Source of the DNA: a virus
IMG/VR virus record: IMGVR_UViG_3300012663_001306
Span: 32,001-96,000 of that record
Direction: 5' to 3' (one strand)
Length of the DNA: 64,000 nt
This document shows positions 20,401-32,400 of the stretch, one piece after another. The translations under genes were made by a program, and so were the position numbers. Below the pieces are notes generated by a model. It was not told where the DNA came from. It made no database searches and saw only the letters and a list, made by a program, of their open reading frames with translations. Position 1 is the stretch's first letter, and each line of letters starts with the position of its first letter.

Positions 20401-23400
20401 CAGTAATGTTCCATAAAGAAGAAGCAGATACTGAAGGCGATGTTGCTTTAACGATCAACTGTCCTTTTATAGTAGCAGTAGGATTATTAGTTCCCCATTG
20501 TCCTATGTATGTACTAAATGAAACACCGTTAGTATCGTTTATATTAATGAATACTTGGGTAACAGATCCAATAACAACATTATTAAATCTTAAGCTACCG
20601 TTTGTTCCTACGCCGGCAACTTGAGAACTTAGATCGTTATAATAACGTAGGCCGCCACGATCACCTATACTACCAGTGTAGCCAAATGATCCGCTGTAAC
20701 CAAATGATCCAGTGTAGCCAAATGATCCGCTGTAACCAAATGATCCGCTGTAGCCAGCACTACCAGCATATCCCTGGTCTCCAGTTCTAACAAATTCTAC
20801 AGCAAGTTTATCATCTGCAAGGGGAATATATCCAGATACAAAAGATACAGAAATTTGTGTATAACCTGATGCAACTACCACGCCGGTAACATTAAAAATT
20901 GTCATCACAGGTTGAGCCATTAAATAATGTTTAATAATTACTTGACCCTTAGTGCCCGGGGATGTGCTTGCGGCCCACTGTGCTAGATAGGACCCAACAT
21001 CCACTCCATTTATATCAAAGTTAGAAAAATACAATGCTCCTACTGATACAACATCAGTATCACTGTATCTTAGGCCACCATTTGCAGTAACTCCTGGAGT
21101 TGTAGTAGCATCCAGGTAGTAACGAAGACCACTAGGATAACCATGACTACCGGTGTAACCAAAGCTACCGGCGTAACCAAAGCTACCGTTAAATCCAGCA
21201 CCTCTACTTCCTACAAAACCAAGTCCGCCTAGATCTCCAGTTCGTTTAGCTTCGATAACTAATTGTGCATTATTAGCTGGCGCGGCACCGGATAGATATG
21301 TTACGGTTAGAGTATAATATGTACCTAAGTTGGCTGCGCCAACAATTGTAAATGCCGATGTTGCGCTAACGTTATTAACGTTTGATTTTATTAATAACGT
21401 ACCTTTATTTGGACTGTTACTTCCGCTCCAGGTTGCAATATAATTTGAGAAATTAATTGAATTCGTATCAACAACGTTAACATAAATTTGTGTTACACTA
21501 CTAGTAACAGCGTTATTGAATCTAATACTTCCTGGACTGCCGACTCCAGCTGTAAGTGTGTTATCAAAGTAGTAGCGTAACCCGCCACGATCACCTTGAC
21601 TACCCACAAAGCTCGTACTACCAGTAAATCCTGCCCCGCGGCTACCAGTGTACGCTTGACTACCTGTAAATCCTAAAGCGCCTCTACTACCGGTATAACT
21701 TTGAGATCCAGTAAATCCTGAGCCCTGGCTACCGGTGTACGCTTGACTACCAGTATAACCTTCTGATCCTGTATAACTTTGAGATCCAGTGTAACCAACG
21801 CCCTGGCTTCCTGTGTAACCTTCACTACCAACGTAACCTTCACTACCAACGTAACCTTCACTGCCACTATAACCTAAATCGCCTGGCGGGCCTTGCGGTC
21901 CAAGTTCTCCAGCATCGCCCTGGGGTCCTTGAAGTCCTTCTGGCCCTATTTCACCTTGACTACCAGTGTAACCAAATGATCCGGCATAGCCTTCACTACC
22001 AGCATATCCTCTACTACCGGTCCACCCTGTGATACCGCGTGGACCTTGTCCACCTTTTATAGAATCAACAATAGCAATATAATCTATGTTTGTTTGATAC
22101 CCTGCAAAACCGACATTTTCATGATACAATCTTAATTGTACAGTTCCTGCATCAATATAAGGAGTTGACGAAATAACTGATAATTGAAATTGATAGTATC
22201 CTGTAAGACCGTTATAAGATCCAATTGAATCCCACGAAGATGTTGTGTAGTTGTATAGTTGCACATAAATTACATGACCCGATGCCGTTGTGTATTGTAC
22301 ATTCAAATCTACTAGATTAAATCTAATTACGCCTGTGTAAGTTACATTGAATATCCACGCTGGCCCAGACGGGGCAGTACCAGGATTAATAGTGGTATTA
22401 CCGTCTGTAAATACAAACTGGTTACCGTCATTAAATCCTTGAATATCTTCTACGGATCCAGATACAAAAACTCCGTCAACTAAGTTTGCAGTTGCGGCAT
22501 TATAGATAACTGCTTGCGGTGTTTCACCTTTACTACCAGTGTAACCAAAGCTGCCTGTGTAACTTTGTGATCCAGTGTAACCAAAGCTGCCAGTGTACCC
22601 AACGCTACCAGCATAACTTTGTGATCCAGTGTAACCAATGCTACCAGTGTACCCTTCACTACCTACAAATCCTTCACTACCGACATATCCTTCACTACCC
22701 GAATATCCCTGACTACCTGTATATCCAAGAGATCCAACATAGCCTTCACTGCCGGTATAACTTTGTGATCCGGTAAAGCCTCGACTACCTGCATAACCTT
22801 GACTACCGGTAAAGCCTCGACTACCTGCATAACCTTGACTACCTATAAAGCCGTCGCTACCTGAATATCCTTGACTACCTGTATAACCAAATGATCCTGT
22901 ATAACCATCGCTACCAGTAAATCCAATCGAGCCGGTGTAGCCTTCACTACCTGTATAACTTTGCGATCCTGTGTAGCCAAAGCTACCAAAATATCCTATA
23001 TTTCCTTGCGGGCCTTGAATGTTACCTGCATCAACCCATAGACTTCCGGTCCATACCCATAGACGTCCATCGTCTGTTATGTAACTATCCCCTCTGGCTC
23101 CTGTGTAAGTGTCAGGGTACCCTGGCAATAGCAAGTAAGTAGCAACGTTGCCTAAAATAGTAACAGATGTTCCGTCTGCACCCCTTGGGCCTTGACTACC
23201 TGCAAATCCATGAGATCCCGTGTAGCCTTCTGATCCAGTGTAACTTTGTGAGCCAGTGTAACCAAATGAACCAGTATAACCAAAGCTACCGGCATAACCA
23301 AATGAACCTGTGTATCCAGAGCTACCGGCATAACCAAATGAACCTGTATAGCCTTCGCTACCACTATAGCCTTCGCTACCACTATAGCCAAATGATCCAG

Positions 23401-26400
23401 TGTAGCCAAATGATCCAGTATAACCAAATGATCCAGTATAACCAATGCTACCAGTATATCCAAAGCTACCGACGTACCCTCGACTGCCGCTGTAACCAAA
23501 TGAGCCACTATAACCAAATGAACCACTATAACCAAATGAACCTGTGTATCCAGAGCTACCTACATATCCGTCACTACCAGTATAACCAAAGCTACCAGCA
23601 TATCCCTCACTGCCGATGTATCCTCTGCTACCTTGATAGCCTCTGCTACCATTATAACCAAAGCTACCAGTGTAACCATCACTACCAGTGTAGCCAAAAC
23701 TACCAGCATATCCTTCACTGCCACTATAGCCTCGGCTACCTGTGTAACCGAAACTACCTACGTATCCTTCACTACCAATGTACCCTCGGCTACCATTGTA
23801 TCCAAACGATCCACTAAAACCAAACGAACCTGTAAATCCTCTAGATCCAGCATATGCTCGACTGCCAACAAATCCGGCACTACCTGTATATGCTTGACTT
23901 CCGGAGTAGCCAATATCTCCTTGACTGCCGGTGTATCCCATGCTACCACTGAATCCAAAGCCACCATCAACACCTTGGCTACCTACATATCCAATCTCAC
24001 CAATAATTCCGTCAACACCTCTACTGCCAGTGTAGCCTAGGTCACCTTGACTACCAATGTATCCGTCGTTACCTGCAATACCTTGTATACCTTGAGGACC
24101 TTGTTCTCCTAGAGAACCTGTGTATCCCCAACTTCCAGTCCATCCCATTGCGGCAAACGCACCATCACGGCCTTGACTTCCTGAAAATCCTAAAGGACCT
24201 TGACTACCCGCAAATCCTAACTCTCCTCTAGAGCCTGCATATCCTTCGCTTCCGCGGAAACCTATACTACCTATAAATCCTCGACTACCCGTCCAACCAA
24301 TGCTGCCTGTAAAGCCTCTGCTTCCAGTGTAGCCAAAGCTGCCTACAAATCCTGCTCCTGAGCTACCCGAGAATCCTATAAAACCTTGGCTACCTGTATA
24401 ACCTAGTGACCCCGAGTAACCAAAAGATCCAGTATAGCTTTGAGATCCAGTAAAGCCAGCACCTTGACTGCCGGTGTATCCAGTACTACCAGTAAATGCC
24501 TGACTACCGGTGTATCCAGTACTACCAATAAAGCCATCGCTACCTGAATAGCCTTGGCTTCCTGAATATCCTTGACTACTAGTAAATCCTACGCTGCCGA
24601 CAAATCCACGACTTCCAACAAATCCAGCACTACCTGTAAATCCTGAATTACCAGCAGGTCCAATACTACCTGTATAACCAAATGAACCTGTATAACTTTG
24701 AGAACCTGTAAATCCGCTTCCCTGACTACCGGCGTAACCTAAAGACCCTGCAAAGCCAACACTACCAGTAAAACTTTGCGATCCAGTAAATCCAACACTA
24801 CCTTGATATCCTAAAGAACCAGTATATCCAAGTGATCCAGAATAACCAATACTACCAGTGAAACTCTGCGATCCGGAGAATCCTGTAGTACCCTGACTAC
24901 CAATCCAGCCTAAACTACCTACAAATCCACGACTACCAGCAAAGCCAGAACTTCCAGTAAATCCTATTGAACCAGTAAATCCTATTGAACCAGTAAATCC
25001 AAGTTCACCTTGACTACCTGTAAAACTTTGACTGCCTGTAAAGCCACTTCCCTGACTACCAGTATAACCAAAACTACCAAAGAAGCCTCGACTACCTAAG
25101 AAGCCTCGACTACCAATCCAACCAACATCGCCTACACTACCTTGATAACCTATGCTACCAGTCCAACCAAGTTCACCTTGACTACCTGTAAAACTTTGAC
25201 TACCTGTAAAACCTATACTTCCAACAAATCCAGAACTACCGAAGAAGCCTCGACTTCCTAAATATCCTCGGCTACCGGTCCATCCAGTATCGCTTTGACT
25301 ACCTGTATATCCAAACCCTGGGATACCTTGACTACCTGCAAATCCCTGACTTCCGCCAAACCCTATTGCGGCGAATGCTCCTGAACTACCTGTATAACCA
25401 AATGATCCGGTATATCCAAAACTACCCGCATAGCCAGATGATCCAGTAAAGCTCTGTGAACCAGTGTAGCCTCTGCTACCGTTATAACCTAAGCTACCAG
25501 TATAACCAAATGACCCTACATAGCCAGATGAACCAGTGAAGCTTTGCGAGCCAGTATACCCTAGGCTTCCTGTGTAACCAAAGCTACCTGTGTAACCAAG
25601 GCTACCTACATATCCTTCACTGCCTGTGTAACCTCTACTACCATTATATCCAAAACTACCCGTGTAGCCGAAGCTACCGGTGTATCCTTGGCTTCCGCCA
25701 AATCCTATTGCGGCAAAGGCTCCTGAACTACCAGTAAATCCAAATGATCCAGCATATCCTTCGCTGCCTGTAAAGCCTATACTGCCTGTAAAGCCTCTGC
25801 TACCTAAATATCCAATACTACCTGTGTATCCAAAGCTGCCAGTAAATCCAAACGATCCTGTAAAACTCTGCGATCCTGTAAATCCTTGACTTCCACTAAA
25901 CCCTCTGCTACCTGCAAAACCAAATGATCCAGCATAGCCAACACTACCATCAAATCCTTTGCCGGCAAAAGCACCGGAACTACCAGTAAATCCAAATGAT
26001 CCAGTGTATCCAAATGATCCAGCATAACCTAGCGATCCAACGTAACCTAGCGATCCGGTATAACTTTGCGATCCGGTATATCCTCTACTACCAATGAACC
26101 CTAAACTTCCAGTAAATCCTAGAGAACCTGTGTAACTTTGTGATCCTGTGTATCCAATGCTGCCAGTAAAACCTCTGCTACCCGCAAAGCCAAATGATCC
26201 TGTAAAGCCAAATGATCCTGTAAAGCTCTGTGATCCAGTGAATCCCAAACTACCAGTAAAGCCCCTGCTACCTGCAAAACCAAATGATCCGGCATATCCA
26301 AAACTACCAGTAAAACTCTGCGAACCGGTAAATCCAACGCTACCATTAAATCCAACACTTCCGGCAAAGCCAGCACTACCAGCAAATCCCAATGCGGCAT

Positions 26401-29400
26401 ACTGACCGTCAACACCTCGACTTCCTGTAAATCCTGTAAATCCAGGACTACCTATAAATCCTTGGCTACCAACAAAACTTTGAGAGCCTGTAAATCCTTG
26501 ACTGCCACTAAATCCCCGACTACCAGCAAATCCAAATGATCCACTAAATCCAAATGATCCAGTGTAACTCTGTGAACCGGTGTATCCCTGACTGCCACTA
26601 AATCCTAGGCTTCCATTATAGCCTGTACTACCTTGGAAACCTTTACTACCAATATATCCTAAGCTACCAGTCCACCCTAAGCTACCAGTATATCCTACGC
26701 TACCAGAATAACCAAAGCTACCAGTGTAACTTTGTGAACCTGTATAGCCTATGCTACCAGTCCAACCTAAGCTACCGGTGTAACCAAATGATCCTGTGTA
26801 TCCTTGATCACCTCTGCTACCCCAATAACCTGTACTACCTGAAAATCCTATTAAACCTTGACTGCCAGCATAACCTAGACTACCGGCGTAACCTACAAAC
26901 TGTCCAACATCTTCAAATCCGTAATGATGTGTTGAATCTTCTAAAACGTTGTTAGTAAATACCCAAAGGTGTCCGTCACTACTATTGATATAGCCGTCGC
27001 CGAGCGCACCGCTATAACCAGGCGGCAAATATGTATAATTTGCAACACTACCTACAATCGTAACACTAGTACCTACATCGCCCTTTTCACCCTTACTACC
27101 AGTGAATCCAAATGATCCGGTATAGCTTTGAGATCCAGTAAAGCCAGCGCCTTGACTACCGGTGTATGCCATACTTCCCGTAAACCCTCGATCACCACCA
27201 AGGCCTTTGCTTCCTGTAAATCCTTGACTGCCAGTCCATCCAATAGGACCTCGACTGCCAGTAAATCCTATCGACCCAGCAAACCCTTTTCCTTGTGTTG
27301 AAGGAGCAACTTGCACATTTAGATTAAATGTGTTTGTAGCAGTTTGCGGAACACCATCAGTAATTGTAACTGTAAACGATAACGCACTAGACGTTAATAA
27401 TAATGCAGTACCAGACAATTCACCAGTTGCCGGATTAAAACTTAATCCCAATGGCAATGCAGTAGTTGATGTATTGATAGCGTATGTATACGGACTTGAC
27501 GGAGTTGTGTAACCACCGCTGGCTGCAACAGGTACAACAATCTGATATTGATTTTGTGTAAAATTAACTGGATTTGTAGGAACACTTGCTACCAATGGTG
27601 GTGGGCTAGTATTACCCACACTTAATGTAAAGGTTCCAGTGTTAACCTGAGCGGGAGTAGAAGTATCTGTTACTGTTACTGTGTAAAGTGTAGCAGATAG
27701 TGGGTCAGTCGGCGTACCACTCAACGCTCCTGAATACTGATCAAACGTTACACTTCTTGGTAGTGTAGGAGGGTTAAGAGTATATGTTAATACTCCGTAT
27801 CCGCCCGAGGCTAACACAGGAATAATTGGTGTTGCTATGTTAGCATATCTGGTCAATACTAATGTAGGATTTTGTACATTAATTACAATTGGCTTAGGTA
27901 ATACTGATAAACTAAATGATGTAGCAGATGTTTGAGGAACAACAGCACTATCACGAACCGTTACAGTGAATGTAGTGGGTGCAAGAGTTACAGTTGGTAC
28001 ACCGCTGATAACACCAGTAATTGTATCAAATCCTAAATTTGCAGGTAATGTGTTAGGTGCAATACTATAGGAAAGATCACCAGTTCCCCCGGAACCTAAT
28101 ACCGGAGTTACTGATGTGCTACTATCAACTACTAATACTATACTAGCACCTGCAGACAACACAGATCTAACGGCATCAGGAGTATTAATCTTTATACTAA
28201 ATGATGTACTTGTAGTTTGTGCTATACTGCCTGTATCTGTTATTGTAATTGTATAAACAGATGTATCAAAATTAACTATAGGGGTTCCGCTAATAGAACC
28301 AGTTGCATTGTTTAACGATAATCCAGTACCAGTCAACGCAGGTAAGATTGAATACGAATATGGACTTGCACCGCCAACAACAGTTACCGGAGTAAATGCA
28401 GTAGCTGGCTTATATTGAGTTAATGTATTAACTGCAATTACAGTTGTAGCAGTTAACGGTGGATCAGATACAGATAGTGTAAATGTCTGTGTGCTAAGTT
28501 GTCCTACGCTGTCCGATGCTGTAATTTTATATTGTTTTGGCAAACTAACAACAGTAGCAACTCCACTGATATTGCCGTTGGTTCTAGTAAATGTTAGCCC
28601 GCTTGGTAATGCAATATCTATACCAAATGTAATTGCGCCAAAGCCGCCACTTGCACTTACTGGGAATACATTAACAGTATCAACTAATCTAAGTATAGAA
28701 ACAGTAGGAACATCTAATGTAGTAGTTAACGGCGGCAATGGTGCTACGTATAAACTAAACTGACTAGATGTTGTATTATTTTGAGTATCTTTTACAGACA
28801 CTGTAAAAGTAGAAGTATTCAAAGAAACACTTGCAGTTCCGCTAATAGATCCAGTGCCTGTATTATATGTTAGTCCAGTTGGCAGATTAGGAACAACAGC
28901 ATAAGACAGTGGAATATATCCATTAGCGCCTACTACAGGAGTAAAGACATTTGTACTTACTCTTTGTGTTAGTGCTTTTAACGGAATAACAGTAGTTGCA
29001 CTAACAGGAGTTGCAGTGACTTCTAATGTGAATGTTGACGAAGTGATTTGTTTCGCCTGATCCGTTACAATAATTCTATAAGTTTGTATTAGCCCGTAAG
29101 TAGTAGGGCTACCGTTAATAATACCGTTATTAAATGTAATCCCTGCCGGCAATGTTGTCGGAGATATTGCATAACTTAATGTACCATAGCCGCCTGTTCC
29201 TTGTAGTACTGTGATAGGCGTAAACGGTGTATTTTGTCTTAGACTAATTGTACTCGTTGATTGAGTAAACCCAAGTGCAGGCGGTGCTTCAATTTCTAAG
29301 TCAAATGTTAATTGTTCAAATTGGTCTGGCTGGAATCCAAAACTACTTACGTTATCATAAACAGTTACAATAAATGTAGCGTTAGGAAAAGTAACACTAG

Positions 29401-32400
29401 GAGTTCCAGAAACTTGTCCAGTTTTAGCATCGTAAGTCAATCCGGCTGGTAACGGACTATCTAATGTAAATCTTAAAGGTGCAACGCCGCCGGCGGCAGT
29501 TACTGGTGTGAAACTAGCCGCCACATTCTGTATCAGTAACTGTGTTCCAACTATCTGTGTTAAAGAAACAGGATCCGGCGGTACAACTCCTAATCTAAAA
29601 GTACCAGTGCCCTGTTGTGGAGGTATAAACTGATCACTAACAGTAACCGTAAATGTAGCAGTTGTTAGAGTGCTAGTCGATACTCCGATTATTTGACCAG
29701 TACTTGTTGTGAATATTAAATCTTTCGGTAGCGTTGGACTGATATTATATGTTAGTGCTCCGATACCACCAGATGCCAAAATTGGTGTAAACGAAGTTGG
29801 GCGAACATATTGTCTTAATACCGTACTTGCATACAATGTACTTGTAGTAATAACAATTGGCGGAGGAGGAGGCTCTTGCTCAATAAACAATCTAAAGGTA
29901 CTAGTTGTCGCTGGCTGAGATACTGCATCAGTAACAGATACTGTAAATGTTGTAGTTGCCAAAGTTACAGTAGGAGTACCGTTGATCGCACCCGTAGCAC
30001 TATTATATGTCAACCCGTAAGGAGTAATACTTGGAGATACGCTGTAAACTAAAGGAGTAACACCGCCAGAGGCAGTAACTGGAATTACATTAGTCAATGT
30101 TCCAATTATTCTCACAGTTGACACAATTGGTCTAGATTGTACTAGACTAATAGCAGGGTATACTACCGATAAATTAAATGTTTGACTATTTGTTTGTCCA
30201 ATACTGTCAGTGATAATTACGGAATATGTTGCAGTGGCGCTTATTGCTGTTGGAGTACCAGTAATAACACCAGTCCCTGTATTATAAGTTAACCCTAACG
30301 AAGATACAGAAGGTACTATGTCATATGCTAAATTTCCATACCCTCCTGCACCAGTAACTGGTTTTGTATTTGCGGCCACCTGATAAATTAACTGAACTGA
30401 CGGTAGCGACGCAGAGATAGTTACTGCTGGAGGATTATTAATAGTTAGGTCAAATTGAGCACTTTGAGCACTAGTTGGACCTGTTTGATCAATTACACTA
30501 ACTGTGTAATTTGTTTTAGGAATAGACGCAATAGGAGTTCCGGTAATTGTTCCGGTGTTACTAAAACTTAAACCTGTTGTAGTAGTAAATGCAGTATCTA
30601 TACTAAAGATAAGTGTACCAAATCCACCAGTTGCTGTAACTGGACGGAATGCTGGATAAATTGATGTTGCTGGCACACCTCTTATTAAAGTATAGCTACT
30701 AGGTAATGCCGCTACAGCAACAATTGCACCAGCATTAATAGTTAATGTAAATGCTTTAGAACTAGTTTGTCTTGCATCGTCTGTGACAGTTACCGTATAT
30801 TGTCGAGATCCAATTATTGTTGGAGTTCCGGAAATTAATCCGTTAACAGCTGAAAACGTTAATCCAGTTTCAGCTCTTACATCAGGCGATATACTAAATG
30901 TTTTTATTCCGTATCCTGCTGATTTTATTGTAACAGGGGTAAAACTTGTTATTGCGGTATCTTTAGCAAATGAGTAACCAGTCTGTGATAAGTTAGTATC
31001 AAGCGCAGGTAACTCATTAATTGTTAATATAAAAGTAGACGAATTAGATTGTTGTACAGGATTGCTATCTCTAACTGTAATTGTATAAGTTGTTGCTGAA
31101 GAGGCAGCGTTTGGTGTTCCTGCGGTAACAAATCCAGTTGTTGAATTAAAAGATAATCCAGAGCCTAATGGAGGAAGTATACTATAAGTTAAACTACCAA
31201 CACCGCCTGATCCTACAACAGGTTGAAACGTTGTAAACGGAATAAGATTTATTAACGTCTTATTTGCATCTGCTGTTTGTGTTACAATAACCGCAGGAGG
31301 GTATACAGATAGGTCAAATACTGCCGGACCAGCAGATGACGGTGGGGTGTTACTATCTAATATGGTTAACGAATAAGTTGATGTATTAGAAATAACAGTT
31401 GGTGCACCACTAATAATACCAGTACTCGATGTAAAGATTAAACCGGCAGGTAAAACTTTATCAATGTAAAATGTCTTAACTCCAACTCCACCAGATGCTG
31501 ATACTGGAGCAAATGGTGTTACTGCACCAAATTGAGCAAGATCTCTCTTAGGAGTATCTACCTTAAATGTTAGTGGAACTGCATTAATTGTAAGATTAAA
31601 TGTTCCAGTAACAGTCTGTCCTGTTGAATCTGTAATTGTTACTGTAAACTGTGTTGTGGGCAAAGTTCCTGTTGGACCAGCGGTTGATGTTATTTGTCCA
31701 TTACTTGCATTGTAGGCTAGACCTGCAGGAATCGTAGCATTATTTGGTCCTGCAATAGTATACGTTAACGGAGCTTCGCCGCCGCCGCCAGCTGTAACAG
31801 TAACTGGGGTAACTGGCAGTCCGGTAGTTGAATTTTGTCCTAATGTAACTGATGCAGAATTAACAACTGATGTTAATGTTGCAGGTGCGTTAACAGTTAA
31901 CTGAAATGTTGCGGTTCCTGTTTGCCCCGATGCATTAGTTACTCTTACAGTATGTGTTACTGAAGATTGGGTAACTGTAGGAGTTCCGCTGATTGATCCA
32001 GTTGATGCATTAATTGTCAATCCAGCAGGAAGGGCCGCTGTTGTAGCTGTATCAATAGAATATGTATAAGTGGTATCGGCACCGCCTGAAGCTGTTACTG
32101 GAATAAAAGCAGTAGCTACTTTATTCCTTACCAGTGTCGGAATAATTGCTGCCGAACGGGCAACAACAAGCGGAGTTAATATTACTTCTAGATAAAAATC
32201 TGCAGATGCAGTCTGTGTTGCAGAATCGTTAACGGTTACTGTAAATTTTCCGTTAGTGAATACAACCGACGGAGTACCAGTAATTGCACCAGTTGTAGTG
32301 CTAAAAGATAAACCTGTCGGTAGTGTAGGGTTTGTACTAATACTGTATGTTAATGTTCCAAATCCCGCAGAACCAGTGACTGGACTAACAGGAATAAATG

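Noticed and set aside
19850-27290. Regular short DNA repeats resembling a CRISPR array
   Set aside because: The period is 18 bp with no unique spacers, variation is at synonymous positions, the repeats lie inside an open frame, and no cas genes are present
21590-27290. Resemblance of GYTGS repeats to ice-nucleation protein repeats (AGYGST)
   Set aside because: The period is 6 with Gly every third residue, not the 8/16-residue InaZ pattern, and there are no TxT ladders
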